Both the position numbers and the translations under genes were made by a program. This document shows positions 47,091-56,533 of a stretch of 64,000 bases of DNA, piece after piece. This DNA is from a virus. A model generated the notes under the pieces. That model did not search any database. It had not been told where the DNA came from and saw only the letters and a list, made by a program, of their open reading frames with translations. Where the stretch lies: positions 1 through 64,000 of IMG/VR virus record IMGVR_UViG_3300036780_000414. The stretch is one strand, 5' to 3'. Positions within the stretch are counted from its first letter, which is position 1. Each line of letters starts with the position of its first letter.

Positions 47091-48919
47091 CGCCTCACCC
47101 TCTCTCTAACATCAGTGTACCACACACATGTAAGCAGTAGCGGGTGGCCGGGCGGTTCCTTTGAGCACCTGGTCACCCTGCACGGCGCCGCCCGGTAGCT
47201 GAACGCCTGCCCGTGGCCCGGTAACGACCTGACGGCAGGTGCCGCCTGACTCGCGAGGAAGAACACGTCAGCGGCCCGTATCCCCGTGCCGTCCTCGGTC
47301 ACCAGGTTGTTGCTCCGCAAGGTTGACAGGTAAGAGCCGAAGGTGCTGCCCACCGGGTTGATGCCGGCGAGGGTCGCCAGGTCGGAACGGGAAACTGGTT
47401 CCGGGTAGCGTTCCAGCAGGCAATCGAGCATCCCCCGCGCCCCGGCCTTGAGGACGCTGCGCCAGCGGGCGCGGATCTCCTCGGGCCTCGGCGGCGCGGC
47501 GTCCGCTGCGGCACCTGCGGCCGCCAGCCCGTCAGCCGTGATCACCACGAACACGCCGTCCTGGACGACCAAGCCGTTCATCCGCAGCGCCGAGAGATAG
47601 GAGCCGAAGGTGCTGCCGGACCCCTTGATGCCGGCAAGGGCGGCGAGCTGGCCACGGGTCATCTTCAGCGGGTGATGCCGTGCAAGCTGTTCGAGCATGT
47701 CCCGCGCGCCTGCCTTCAGCGCCCTCGAACCGCCGGCCGGCACCGGCCGGGCCACTTCACCATGCGACGGCTCCACAGCCTGGCGCTGCGGCTGCACGGT
47801 TACCGGCGGCTTGGCGGCCCGGCTGAGCGCCAGTTCGACGCTCCCCGCAATATCCCGCAGGCCAGTGATGGCCTGCTCAAGCGCAGCGATGTCACCGGCT
47901 GTCAGGACGGGCACCTCAACGCGCTCCGGTTCGCGGTGGCTAGCCTGGGCCAGCTGCGCGCGCAGCGTAGCGACTTCCCGGCGGAGGCTAGCAGCCGGGT
48001 CGTCGGGGACGCCGCCCTGTTGCAGCAGCACCGCCATCCGCTCAAGGTCTGCGGGGTTCACCGGCGCGAACCGGCGCGGCGTGACAGCCTGCTCGCCGAC
48101 CTTCGGCGTAGCTGAGGAGTCGAACGTGCTGCGAGGGCGGACCTGGATCTTCCGCATGACTTCCAGCCAGCCCGGCGACCACACCCACGCTGTTCCTACG
48201 GGCAGCGACGGCAGGGAGTCCTTCAGCTCCCTCGCGTCCTCGTCGCTGGCGTGCAGCCGGATCCACTCGTCTATCGCGGCGACGTCGAGCTTGCCGAGCA
48301 GCCGCATCGCGATCAGTACCTCCACCTGCGAGCGGATCGCGGAGTGCAGCTGAGCAGGGCGCAGGGTGATGCTCGTTGAGCCGATGCCGGGCTTGCGGCC
48401 GCGCAGCACGATGTCCTCATAGGCGCCGAGCAGCCGGGGGTCACGCTCACCGGCCTGGCTGGCGAAGCGGTCTGCCTCGTCTATGACCAGGTGCAGCGGT
48501 TCCCGGTTCGCGCGGAACAGGCGCTCCATGAAATCGGTGGCGAACTTCCGCTGCTGCGTCTTCGACATCAGGAACATGTCCAGGACGACAGGTAGCCGCT
48601 CAGATGCCACCAGGTCCGCGACGGCTGTTCCCGACCTCGGGTCAAGTGGCAAGTCGGCGTGCTCACCGCCGAGGATCGTCACCGGCAGCCCTGGCCCCTG
48701 CCCGTCAGCGGAGGACCGCAGGCCCCACCAGGAGCCCATCGGGTCAAGCACGCACGCGGGCAGGCCCGCGCCGATCAGCTCCTCAACCAGGACTGACGCA
48801 GTAGCGGTCTTCCCGCTGCCGCGCTTGCCGAAGATCAGGAACGTCTCGGTTACCGCGTCGATCGGCAATGCGAGGTCGCCTGCGATCCGCAGGTCACTAG
48901 CTGCGGGCGCGGCTGGCAT
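47087..48919 (-). CDS. HerA/FtsK-family (DUF87) ATPase with tandem C-terminal winged-helix domains
   Basis: GKRGSGKT Walker A, VLDPMG, LVIDEAD Walker B, RGRK.GIG; duplicated LKAGAR.ML...GSTFGSYLS.LR.N.LV. Confidence 0.82.
   Translation of the reverse strand: MPAAPAASDLRIAGDLALPIDAVTETFLIFGKRGSGKTATASVLVEELIGAGLPACVLDPMGSWWGLRSSADGQGPGLPVTILGGEHADLPLDPRSGTAVADLVASERLPVVLDMFLMSKTQQRKFATDFMERLFRANREPLHLVIDEADRFASQAGERDPRLLGAYEDIVLRGRKPGIGSTSITLRPAQLHSAIRSQVEVLIAMRLLGKLDVAAIDEWIRLHASDEDARELKDSLPSLPVGTAWVWSPGWLEVMRKIQVRPRSTFDSSATPKVGEQAVTPRRFAPVNPADLERMAVLLQQGGVPDDPAASLRREVATLRAQLAQASHREPERVEVPVLTAGDIAALEQAITGLRDIAGSVELALSRAAKPPVTVQPQRQAVEPSHGEVARPVPAGGSRALKAGARDMLEQLARHHPLKMTRGQLAALAGIKGSGSTFGSYLSALRMNGLVVQDGVFVVITADGLAAAGAAADAAPPRPEEIRARWRSVLKAGARGMLDCLLERYPEPVSRSDLATLAGINPVGSTFGSYLSTLRSNNLVTEDGTGIRAADVFFLASQAAPAVRSLPGHGQAFSYRAAPCRVTRCSKEPPGHPLLLTCVWYTDVRERVRR
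47114..47139 (-). promoter_or_regulatory. Leftward promoter/operator unit
   Basis: - strand TACTGCT-TACATGTG-TGTGG-TACACT. Confidence 0.75.
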
Positions 48920-49091
48920 CTGCTTCCTCCTCAACAGCCCTGGCAACGGCCTCCTGCTCGTTGCAGTACACGGTCACCAGGTCAACGGCGACTTCACTCA
49001 TGCTCTTGCCGTTCCTCGCGGTGGCGGCCTTGAACCGCCTGCGCAGGTCGTCTGGGAAGCTACTGATCTCCAGCTTGTTCGGCCTGTCCAT
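48897..49091 (-). CDS. Ribbon-helix-helix (Arc/ParG-like) DNA-binding protein
   Basis: LEISSFPDDLRRRFKAATARNGKSMSEVAVDLV. Confidence 0.72.
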   Translation of the reverse strand: MDRPNKLEISSFPDDLRRRFKAATARNGKSMSEVAVDLVTVYCNEQEAVARAVEEEADASRARS

Positions 49092-49452
49092 CTGCCCTCT
49101 CCTCTCCCGTGATCCGGTAGTCCGCCGTCAGCAGCACCATCCCGAGCCGCCAGTGCCGCACGGGGATCTCCTCCGGGGGGCGCTTGTCGTACTTGCTGAT
49201 GATCCAGCCGTTCTCGCGGGCGGTGCCGCTGCGCTGGTGCACGAAACCGTGGCACCACTCGTTGCCGTCAGCGTCGTGCAGGTTGTTGCCGAAGCCGCAT
49301 AGCGTGATCCGGTTCGGGCACGCGTTGGTGCCGTGGCCGCCGCCGAGCCGGTGGTGGCAGTTGCTCGGCACGCCGCTGGTGATGACCCGGCCGCAGCGGA
49401 AGCACCTGCCCTCGTCACGCACCAGCACCAGCTGCCCGATGCTGCTCACCAC
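49060..49452 (-). CDS. HNH endonuclease
   Basis: RD.GRCFRCG...HHR...N.ITLCG...CHGFVH. Confidence 0.78.
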   Translation of the reverse strand: MVSSIGQLVLVRDEGRCFRCGRVITSGVPSNCHHRLGGGHGTNACPNRITLCGFGNNLHDADGNEWCHGFVHQRSGTARENGWIISKYDKRPPEEIPVRHWRLGMVLLTADYRITGEERADGQAEQAGDQ

Positions 49453-49477
49453 GTGTACCGCTGCGGTGCGGGCGGCG

Positions 49478-49759
49478 TCACGGCTTCACCGTCGCCCGGT
49501 CAGCTAGCGCGCCCCGGCCGTCCGGGGTCAGCTCCCACAGCCACGCGCTGGAATGACCGGGGCGTGAGGACTGGCACAGGCCGGCGAACGCGGCGTCGGT
49601 GAGCAGCCGGTAGACGAACCTGTTGTCCAGCGTGACCGTGGCCTGGCTGAGCCCGGCCGTGATCACCCTTGCGGAGAAGCGGTGCGGCGGTGTCGCGGCG
49701 ATGTAGCGCAGCACCGGCCACGTGTAGTCGCTCAGCGTCTCCAGGCTCACAGTCTCCAT
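49478..49759 (-). CDS. Winged-helix-like protein
   Basis: VYRLL......GL...WELTPDGR. Confidence 0.55.
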   Translation of the reverse strand: METVSLETLSDYTWPVLRYIAATPPHRFSARVITAGLSQATVTLDNRFVYRLLTDAAFAGLCQSSRPGHSSAWLWELTPDGRGALADRATVKP

Positions 49760-50244
49760 CCCTCCTGATAGCCCGGATGGTCGTCCCAGATCGCGGCGAT
49801 CCAGTGATAGAGCGTGGAAGAGGTCACCGGCCTGATTTCCCCTGCCTCCTCCATCCGGCCGATCACCTCCACCTGCATCAGCAGGGCCTCAGCCACGCGG
49901 ACCATGCGGTCAGGGTCATTGAGCAGGATGTGCCGGGCGTCTTCCGGGCGCACCGGCTCAACCGTGTCGATAACCAGGTGGGGCATCAGCGCGGTGGCGG
50001 TGGGGTATTCCTCGATGCTGCGCAGGCTTGTCCGCCAGTCATCGCAGTGGAACAGCATCCGCCCGCCAGCACCGCCGTAAACGTCCGTGTCCAGGTTGAG
50101 CGCCACGTCATCGGCGGTGCACTCCCACCGCCAGTGCTCGGGCTTGACCGTGGCCTGGTCACCGTCGCCGCTGGCCGCCATCGCCGCCTGCTTAATCTCC
50201 GCTAGGCGCGCCCTGATGAACTCGCTGACGGTCGTCACGGGCAC
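49747..50244 (-). CDS. DUF6221-like protein
   Basis: EFIRARLAE, ARHI..NDP.R, W.DHPGYQEGW. Confidence 0.7.
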   Translation of the reverse strand: MPVTTVSEFIRARLAEIKQAAMAASGDGDQATVKPEHWRWECTADDVALNLDTDVYGGAGGRMLFHCDDWRTSLRSIEEYPTATALMPHLVIDTVEPVRPEDARHILLNDPDRMVRVAEALLMQVEVIGRMEEAGEIRPVTSSTLYHWIAAIWDDHPGYQEGWRL

Positions 50245-50573
50245 TCCTGAACTGGGAGTACAGGAACGGCGCCAACCCAGGTGGCCGGGTCACCGATACC
50301 TGTGGGTACCCAGTTCGGGCACCAGCCCCCATGCCCGCCGTTGCCGCTCGCACCGCAGTACCCGCACGTCAGGTCACCGCTGCCCAGGCCGCCGGCACCG
50401 CCGGCGCCGAAGGTGATCCCGACAGCCGCCAGGAGCGCCAGCTGCCGCCCGGTGGGGATGCCGTCTGCGGCGGCCTCCTCGCACCAGGTGCGGATCAGAG
50501 TCTTCATCTCAGCTGCGTGATGGCCGTTCGCGGCCCAGTCGGCCACCAGTGCGGCCAGGTCACGGGTCGTCAT
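50235..50573 (-). CDS. Hypothetical protein
   Basis: Coupled ORF; CGYC...H...CP. Confidence 0.55.
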   Translation of the reverse strand: MTTRDLAALVADWAANGHHAAEMKTLIRTWCEEAAADGIPTGRQLALLAAVGITFGAGGAGGLGSGDLTCGYCGASGNGGHGGWCPNWVPTGIGDPATWVGAVPVLPVQECP

Positions 50574-50851
50574 GGGATGTCCTCGAATTCCACGCTGTAC
50601 GCGGTCAGGGGCCGGTTCGGTTTCCCGTCGCCGCGCAGCGGCCGGGTCGCGGATACCTTCCGCCAGGTCTCGTACGCGGCGATCATCGACGGGAAGCGGA
50701 TCGCCTCCGCCCGGCTGGCCACCCAGCGGGCCATGCCGACACCGCCGGCGTACTCCAGGTTGAACTCAGCGAGGTACCGGCCAACCGGGGACCGGCCGTC
50801 CCCGCGCATGACGTTCGGGCCGGCCCCCGCGCACTTCATGACGACGCTCAC
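50570..50851 (-). CDS. Hypothetical protein
   Basis: RPLR.DGKPNRPLTAY motif; coupled to recT. Confidence 0.65.
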   Translation of the reverse strand: MSVVMKCAGAGPNVMRGDGRSPVGRYLAEFNLEYAGGVGMARWVASRAEAIRFPSMIAAYETWRKVSATRPLRGDGKPNRPLTAYSVEFEDIP

Positions 50852-51786
50852 CGCTGCCCGCTGTCCTCTCCCGGCTGCCCGCTCGGCTCGGGTACGGCGC
50901 GGATCACCGGGGCTGTGTCGTCGTCTTCAGCAGCCCCGATCGCGGCGGCCCCGCTGCCCACGGGGATCGGGTCGGCCTGCGCGGTGGCCAGCGCGTGAGC
51001 CATCTCGTACTGGTACTCAGTCGAGTGCGGGACCTGCCCGTACAGGCGGCGGATGGAGGTCTTCCGCCACATCATGTGGGTGTCCTTGCCTTCCTGTGGC
51101 CAGTTCGGACCCCAGAACTCGAACGTCTTCGCCCTGGCCCGGTAGGACAGCACGTCGTCTACGCCCAGGACGGCCGGCTGACTGTGGCCGCCGCCGGCCA
51201 TCGCGGCGAACGACCAGACGCCGGTCAGGAACTCGCGTTCCTTCGCGCCGCCCAGGCCGACTTGCCCGTACTCGTTGGCCGGGACGACGTGCTTCGGTAG
51301 GTCCTCACCGGGTGCCCAGTTGAACTTGTCGCCCCTGCGGACCACATAGCAGCTCACGGCGGTGACCTGCCCGGTGCGGTACACCATGTCGAGCATGCCC
51401 TTGTAGCCGACGATTCCGCTGATCGAGTAGGTGCCCTTGTCCGGGTTCGGCTGCCCGCCGACCTTGTCCCGGCCGTCCTTGAACGGGACGAAGTAGAAGT
51501 GCTCGGTGCCCGGCACCAGGCCGAGGCGGGCGCACTCGCTGAGCTGGTCGAAGAACGTCTCCGGGTGCTGCCACAGCGCCATCTGAAGGTTGACGCTGCC
51601 GCGCCGGATCGCCGCGATGCCCAGCTCAACGAACCGCTCGGCGTCGACGTGGCTCGGGGCCACCTTGGCGAACCAGCCGCCGTGCTTGCGGATCTTCGCC
51701 TCGGTCAGCTCCATGGCCTTGGCCAGTTCGCCCTCACGGTGAGTCTGACGGTGAGTGGCGACTTGTCCGCGGATTGTCGGTGGCAT
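50848..51786 (-). CDS. recT: RecT-family single-strand annealing recombinase
   Basis: CARLGL.PG...YFVPF, IVGYKG...YRTG, MWRKT.IRR. Confidence 0.88.
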   Translation of the reverse strand: MPPTIRGQVATHRQTHREGELAKAMELTEAKIRKHGGWFAKVAPSHVDAERFVELGIAAIRRGSVNLQMALWQHPETFFDQLSECARLGLVPGTEHFYFVPFKDGRDKVGGQPNPDKGTYSISGIVGYKGMLDMVYRTGQVTAVSCYVVRRGDKFNWAPGEDLPKHVVPANEYGQVGLGGAKEREFLTGVWSFAAMAGGGHSQPAVLGVDDVLSYRARAKTFEFWGPNWPQEGKDTHMMWRKTSIRRLYGQVPHSTEYQYEMAHALATAQADPIPVGSGAAAIGAAEDDDTAPVIRAVPEPSGQPGEDSGQR

Positions 51787-52022
51787 TAGCTTTCCTCCTT
51801 GTCACCCGCGCCGCTTGCCGGCGCGGGTTGCTGCTGCGCGCGCCACGTCTTCATGCGCGCGGTGTGCGGGTGGTGGGGGACGAACGGCAGGTTGTTGTAC
51901 CTGCTGCGTCCCCGGCACCACACGCCGGGGTGGGCACCGCAGTACAGGCAGCGCACCGTCCGGGTGGCTGCCTCCTCGTCGTCGCGGCGCTGCTGCTGGC
52001 CTGGTGTCCGCTGCGGGGTCAC
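51786..52022 (-). CDS. Phage zinc-finger protein
   Basis: VRCLYCGA.PG.WC...PH.AR. Confidence 0.65.
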   Translation of the reverse strand: MTPQRTPGQQQRRDDEEAATRTVRCLYCGAHPGVWCRGRSRYNNLPFVPHHPHTARMKTWRAQQQPAPASGAGDKEES

Positions 52023-52246
52023 AGTGCCGGCGTCCCGTCTTCCACGGGTACCAGCACGATGCCGTCAGCCATGAGCTTGACGGGGCTGCTCAGCAGGTAC
52101 GTGGTCATCAGCGTCTGCTCCTCGCGGCTGGCCATCGCCAGTGCCACGCCCAGTTCCTTGAGGGCCAGGTCCAGCACCGCCACCTTCTGGCTTATGGTCA
52201 GGTCATGCTCGTGCTCCAGGTCACCGAGCCGCACCATGCGGATCAC
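52019..52246 (-). CDS. Hypothetical protein (paralog of 52221-52490)
   Basis: GGAGG SD; VRL...LT..Q...DG.V.VPV.DG. Confidence 0.6.
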   Translation of the reverse strand: MIRMVRLGDLEHEHDLTISQKVAVLDLALKELGVALAMASREEQTLMTTYLLSSPVKLMADGIVLVPVEDGTPAL

Positions 52247-52490
52247 TCGTGCTCGCCTCCTCGGCCTTGTCGGGCTCGTCACCGTCCGGCACGGGCACCA
52301 TGACGTTGCCGTCGTGGTCGAACCGGACCATGCCGCCGTGGTCGGCGTACACGCGCGGGGCGCGGCTGCCGTGGATGACCTGGAGGCCCATCATGATGCC
52401 CAGGTCGTTGATCGCCAGGGTGAGTGCGCTGAGCATCTGGTCGGTGGTCAGCCCTTCCTCGCGCATCTTGTCGAGCCGCACGTACCTCAT
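52221..52490 (-). CDS. Hypothetical protein (paralog of 52019-52246)
   Basis: Same motif; coupled. Confidence 0.6.
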   Translation of the reverse strand: MRYVRLDKMREEGLTTDQMLSALTLAINDLGIMMGLQVIHGSRAPRVYADHGGMVRFDHDGNVMVPVPDGDEPDKAEEASTSDPHGAAR

Positions 52491-52789
52491 GCCAGCCCCT
52501 CAATCGGGTGCTGGTGGTAGAAGCTGACCTTCAGCCCGCACACGTCGCAGCCGCCGCCGTAAGACACCGTGATAAGGCCGGTGTCCGCACCCCGGATCTC
52601 GTAGTCCTCGCGGAACGTCAGCGCGCCAGGGTGCTGTGCGGCGGCCTGCCTGGATTTCTCCAGCAGGGCCAGGTACTCAGCCTGCGACACCCGGCCGTAA
52701 GCCTCAGCGGCTTCGTCCGTCGCGGCGTCTGCCTTGGCCGTGGCCAGCGCCGCGCAGCGGGGGCACTTCGCCCAGTTATTCGCGCTCAT
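52487..52789 (-). CDS. Hypothetical Zn-ribbon protein
   Basis: MSANNWAKCPRC...FREDYE...CDVCG. Confidence 0.65.
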   Translation of the reverse strand: MSANNWAKCPRCAALATAKADAATDEAAEAYGRVSQAEYLALLEKSRQAAAQHPGALTFREDYEIRGADTGLITVSYGGGCDVCGLKVSFYHQHPIEGLA

Positions 52790-53115
52790 CACCACTCCTG
52801 CACGTGGGGGATCGTCATGGACGGCAGCGCGTGCGCGTACACGCTGAAGTGCCGCTTCGCGTCCTGCTGCGGCATGCCGAGCCCGACCTTGACGCTGGTG
52901 ATCCCGCCGCCGGTCTTCCACGCCACGTAGCGGGCCGCGAGTACCCGAGCGTCATCGAAGCGTGCCTCGTGCGCGCCCCCGTACCAAGACGCCTTCGCCA
53001 CGCGGCGCAGGAACTCGCGCAGGTCAGCTTCCGGGTCCGACTCGTGGAACAGGTGCACCACCGCGCACTCAAGCCCGGAGGCGTCATGGAACGCGACTGT
53101 GGCGTCCGGTGTCAT
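52789..53115 (-). CDS. Hypothetical protein
   Basis: Coupled ORF; RFDD...LAARYVAW. Confidence 0.6.
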   Translation of the reverse strand: MTPDATVAFHDASGLECAVVHLFHESDPEADLREFLRRVAKASWYGGAHEARFDDARVLAARYVAWKTGGGITSVKVGLGMPQQDAKRHFSVYAHALPSMTIPHVQEW

Positions 53116-54215
53116 GACCGGCCCAGGTTCATCCACCGGCGGCCGGGGGTCCACTTGTCCACCGGGGTCTTCCGCTCCAGTGACCGCGCCAGCGCCGGCT
53201 TCGTCTTGCGCAGCTGCTCCACGTCGATCGTGGACATGTCGTAGGTGCTGCGGGACATGACGGTCACGTCCTGGCCCTCACGCTCAGGGTCAGGGAAGGT
53301 GATCTTCTGCGCGCCGGCGGCCTTCGCGCCCAGCATGTTCTGGAGCTTCCCGTAGCGCTCCTCGGCGGCTTTCATCCGCAGGTACGCGGAGCGCAGGCGG
53401 GTGGCGTCGGTCTTGGTGGCCCGGTAGGTGCGGCCTTCTTCCAGCGGGTGCAGGGTGCGCAGTGCGCGGCCGGTCTCCGGGGTCCAGTCCAGGTCCGGCG
53501 GGTCATCGTTGTCGAGGCGCTCCAGGAACAGCGCGGCCTCCTTGACCATGAACTGGATGTCGGCCTCGGCGTCGTCGGTGCGGCTGACCACGTACAGCTC
53601 GGTCTTGTCCTGGCCCATGAACGTGACCGGCACGTGCACCATGTCGCCGCCCCAGATGGCCATCTGCCAGTACGCCTGGCACTTGTAGTGGTCGGGGATC
53701 TCGTCGGTGTACGGCTCACCCCAGACCTGCTCGCCGGTCGCGGGGTCGCTGTGGCTGAGCGCGGTCTTCACCTCGGCGGGCGTCATGCGGGCGCGCAGGC
53801 CGGCGATGTCATCCGCCTGCCCGTCTCCGGCCAGCGCCTTGAGGTAATCCTCCTTGTGCGGCCCGGCGACCTCGCGGCTGACGGTGAAGCGGTCGTAGGT
53901 GGCGGTCATCCACGGGCAGTGCTCATCGCGGTACAGGCCGCCGGGTAGCACCAGCAGGTCAGGGCGGAGGTCCGCGAGGTCTTCGGCTACCAGGTCTTCC
54001 CACCGCCTGCCGCGCCGCATGTGCCGGTTCTCGCCTTCGAGCCGCAGCCCGGTCTTCTTCTGGACGAACAGGCTGAACGGGTTGCCGTGGCTCTTGGGTG
54101 CGAGGCCGAGCAGCACGGCGATCTCCGACGCGCCGATGCTGGACTCCCGGTACTCGTGCCACTCGTCCGGGTTGCGGGTGATCTCGTCTGCTGTCATGAG
54201 CAGCTTGGCTGGCAT
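53112..54215 (-). CDS. YqaJ/RecE-like exonuclease
   Basis: W...R..SIGASEIA..LG, G...E, A T.D, EVKT, Y.CQ..WQM motifs; near recT. Confidence 0.87.
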   Translation of the reverse strand: MPAKLLMTADEITRNPDEWHEYRESSIGASEIAVLLGLAPKSHGNPFSLFVQKKTGLRLEGENRHMRRGRRWEDLVAEDLADLRPDLLVLPGGLYRDEHCPWMTATYDRFTVSREVAGPHKEDYLKALAGDGQADDIAGLRARMTPAEVKTALSHSDPATGEQVWGEPYTDEIPDHYKCQAYWQMAIWGGDMVHVPVTFMGQDKTELYVVSRTDDAEADIQFMVKEAALFLERLDNDDPPDLDWTPETGRALRTLHPLEEGRTYRATKTDATRLRSAYLRMKAAEERYGKLQNMLGAKAAGAQKITFPDPEREGQDVTVMSRSTYDMSTIDVEQLRKTKPALARSLERKTPVDKWTPGRRWMNLGRS

Positions 54216-54248
54216 GTGCGCCCCTCTCTCGGGTGGGGTCATGGTTTG

Positions 54249-54291
54249 CATGTAACCAGTACTTTACATGGAACCACTGACATTCGTGGTT
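54249..54291. promoter_or_regulatory. Two adjacent inverted repeats upstream of the exonuclease
   Basis: CATGTAA-N8-TTACATG and AACCAC-N8-GTGGTT. Confidence 0.45.
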
Positions 54292-54419
54292 TCCGTGGCT
54301 GGTGTGTTGCGGGGGCTGCGGGTGGCACCTGGCAGCAGGTGCGGTTATGCTTGGCGGCAGGGTTCTGCACTGGTGGTCTCGTTGCGGCGGGCATGGTGCT
54401 TCTCCCTCTCTCAAGCGGA

Positions 54420-54452
54420 AGCCCCGCCAGGGTTCACACGCCTGGCGGGGCT
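54420..54452 (-). terminator. GC-rich hairpin, probable terminator
   Basis: 12-bp stem AGCCCCGCCAGG/CCTGGCGGGGCT just after the stop of 54469-54963; weak U tract. Confidence 0.55.
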
Positions 54453-54468
54453 GATGCCGTTCCGGGGG

Positions 54469-54963
54469 CTACCCGGCTGACTTGATCTGGATCATCCACG
54501 ACCCTACGGCCTGCACGTTCAGCCGGTCGGTACCGTCAGCGCCGGTCACCTCAGTGCTGCCGCTGCCGCTGCCTGCGATGTCATTCGGCAGGCCCAGGCC
54601 GATCCCGTCGCCAGCCTCGGTGATCGCGAAGTTCGACGGCTGCGAGTCGCCGAAGCTGTCATCGATGTTCCCGCTGTACGACCAGGTGACGATGTAGTCG
54701 CCGTCGTCTGGCACGTTGAACGCGGGGGTGACCTGGTTGCCCTTGTTGGTGAACGTCTTCAGGACGGTGCCCTGCTCGGGTGGCGGCGGGGCGACCGTCG
54801 TGGTGTCACCCGGCTCGGTGACGGTGACGGTGGGGCCGGGGACGGCCTGCCCGGTGACGGTGACAGCCGGGTTGCTGCTGCCTGCGCTGCCGATCGCCGC
54901 GCCGATCCCGATAAGGGCGGCGGCGCTGACTGTGCCGGTGATGATCTTGACGGTCCTGTGCAT
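54469..54963 (-). CDS. Membrane-anchored/secreted protein
   Basis: N-terminal hydrophobic segment, PTVTVT linker, beta-rich acidic domain. Confidence 0.7.
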   Translation of the reverse strand: MHRTVKIITGTVSAAALIGIGAAIGSAGSSNPAVTVTGQAVPGPTVTVTEPGDTTTVAPPPPEQGTVLKTFTNKGNQVTPAFNVPDDGDYIVTWSYSGNIDDSFGDSQPSNFAITEAGDGIGLGLPNDIAGSGSGSTEVTGADGTDRLNVQAVGSWMIQIKSAG

Positions 54964-55052
54964 GGTCCTGCTTCTCTCTCTCACGCGGTAACTAGTTAGC
55001 TGCTGCTCGCGCGGCCTTGCGGGGCCGCTGGCGTATACGGGGCTATAAACCG

Positions 55053-55373
55053 CTAGGCGGGCACCACCTCCAGCACGGGCATCGCCTGCCCTGGGAACCA
55101 GTGCAGCGTCTCGTCACCCTCGGGCTGATCGTCAAACCGGACCACCGGCCCTTCGCTGTCGCACAGCACCTCGTACGCGCCGTCCTTCAGCACGGGGTAC
55201 AGCTCGCGGAACATGCGGTCGGCCTCGGTGCCGCGTCCCCAGCAGACGACCGACCCGGCCCGCCCTGGGTCCACGGCGCTGTCTTCGCGCACGTGCACCC
55301 GCGCGCCGGTTGCATACGGTGCCCACACGCCGGCCGCGTCGATGTCTGCCTCGTCCATCCGGATCCATTCCAT
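55053..55373 (-). CDS. Hypothetical protein
   Basis: GAGAGAGGGG SD. Confidence 0.6.
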   Translation of the reverse strand: MEWIRMDEADIDAAGVWAPYATGARVHVREDSAVDPGRAGSVVCWGRGTEADRMFRELYPVLKDGAYEVLCDSEGPVVRFDDQPEGDETLHWFPGQAMPVLEVVPA

Positions 55374-55388
55374 TACTTCTCCCCTCTC

Positions 55389-55410
55389 TCGCCCGCACAT
55401 GTGCGCGGTA
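55389..55410 (-). promoter_or_regulatory. Operator dyad copy adjacent to SD
   Basis: - strand TACCGCG-CACATGTG-CGGGCGA directly upstream of GAGAGAGGG. Confidence 0.6.
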
Positions 55411-55472
55411 CGTTTTACGGTAGCGTCCGCGGCCAGCGGCTGACCCCCCGGCGGGCAGCTGGTGCGCGACGC

Positions 55473-55679
55473 TCAGGCTTCCACGTAGTACAGGTCACCG
55501 GGGTCGGCTTCCTGGGTGTAGGTGCGGCCACGGTGCTCCACCGTGATGACCAGCCGCTCACCGTCGCTGGCGTCCTCCTTGCCTGTGACCTTCCCCCGGT
55601 CGGGCAGGCCGTCTTTCCTGACGCCCGCCGTGCGCAGCACGGCCCCCGGCTGGAGCTCGTCGGCGCTGCGCAGTTCCAT
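55473..55679 (-). CDS. Small hypothetical protein
   Basis: GAGG SD; coupled. Confidence 0.55.
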   Translation of the reverse strand: MELRSADELQPGAVLRTAGVRKDGLPDRGKVTGKEDASDGERLVITVEHRGRTYTQEADPGDLYYVEA

Positions 55680-55882
55680 CAGTGCACCTCGCGCAGGCCG
55701 CGCATGTCCGGGTTGTGGGTGAAGTAACCGGGGCCGGGTGTCACGCGGGTGACCTTCGCCCCGGCCCCCGCTATGCCGGTCAGCTCCATGGCCTTGTCGT
55801 AGGCGGCGGGGCCGCTGTGGGCGCGGACGGTGATCGCGACGCGCAGGCCCCCTTCGGCGTCGGGCATGTAGACGGTGAACAT
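55679..55882 (-). CDS. Small hypothetical protein
   Basis: GAGAGAGGAG SD. Confidence 0.6.
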   Translation of the reverse strand: MFTVYMPDAEGGLRVAITVRAHSGPAAYDKAMELTGIAGAGAKVTRVTPGPGYFTHNPDMRGLREVH

Positions 55883-56273
55883 CGGTCTCCTCTCTCAGGG
55901 CGTGTCGGTCAGGTGCTCGACTCGCACTGACCACGGGTACTGCGGCTGGTCCGGCCGGCAGACGACCGCGTACCTGTCCCCCGGCCTGACCGGGTAGACC
56001 AGCTCGGTATCCGCCTGGTTGTAGCTCACGGTCACGCGCGCCCCTGCGGGACGGGCGTCGGCTTCGGTTGCGGGCACTGGTGCGGCCACAGGGGTTACTC
56101 CTTTGGCTCGTAGGTGGCCACGCCGTCGTCGTCGTAGGTGACGGTGCAGTTGGCTTCCAGCCACCGCTGCCGTTCCCTCGCCTCCCACAGGCGCTGGTCG
56201 GCTTCGGCGTCGGCGTTGTCGCGGGCTACCTGCTGCTCGTACATTTCCTGGTCGTGCTGCTCGGGTGTCATCG

Positions 56274-56504
56274 TCAGTGGCCGGCTTCCCACTCAGCAAG
56301 CCGCGTCTCGGCTTGCTCGATCGCCTCAGCTGCGGACTCTCCCCAGCTTTCTCGCTGCGCACCGTTGGGAAGTTGGAAACGGCACACCCAGCTTGCACGG
56401 AACATCGGGCTGGGTTCATAGGTGGTCGTGAGGTCCACGGCCCGCTCCCCTGGGTCGTTCGCGGTGGTCTTGGTGTCATTCCCGGTCCAGATCCTGCCGG
56501 CCAT
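56274..56504 (-). CDS. Small hypothetical protein
   Basis: First gene after promoter at 56534; GAGAGGGG SD. Confidence 0.6.
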   Translation of the reverse strand: MAGRIWTGNDTKTTANDPGERAVDLTTTYEPSPMFRASWVCRFQLPNGAQRESWGESAAEAIEQAETRLAEWEAGH

Positions 56505-56533
56505 CTTGCGTCCCCTCTCATGCTTACAACCCC

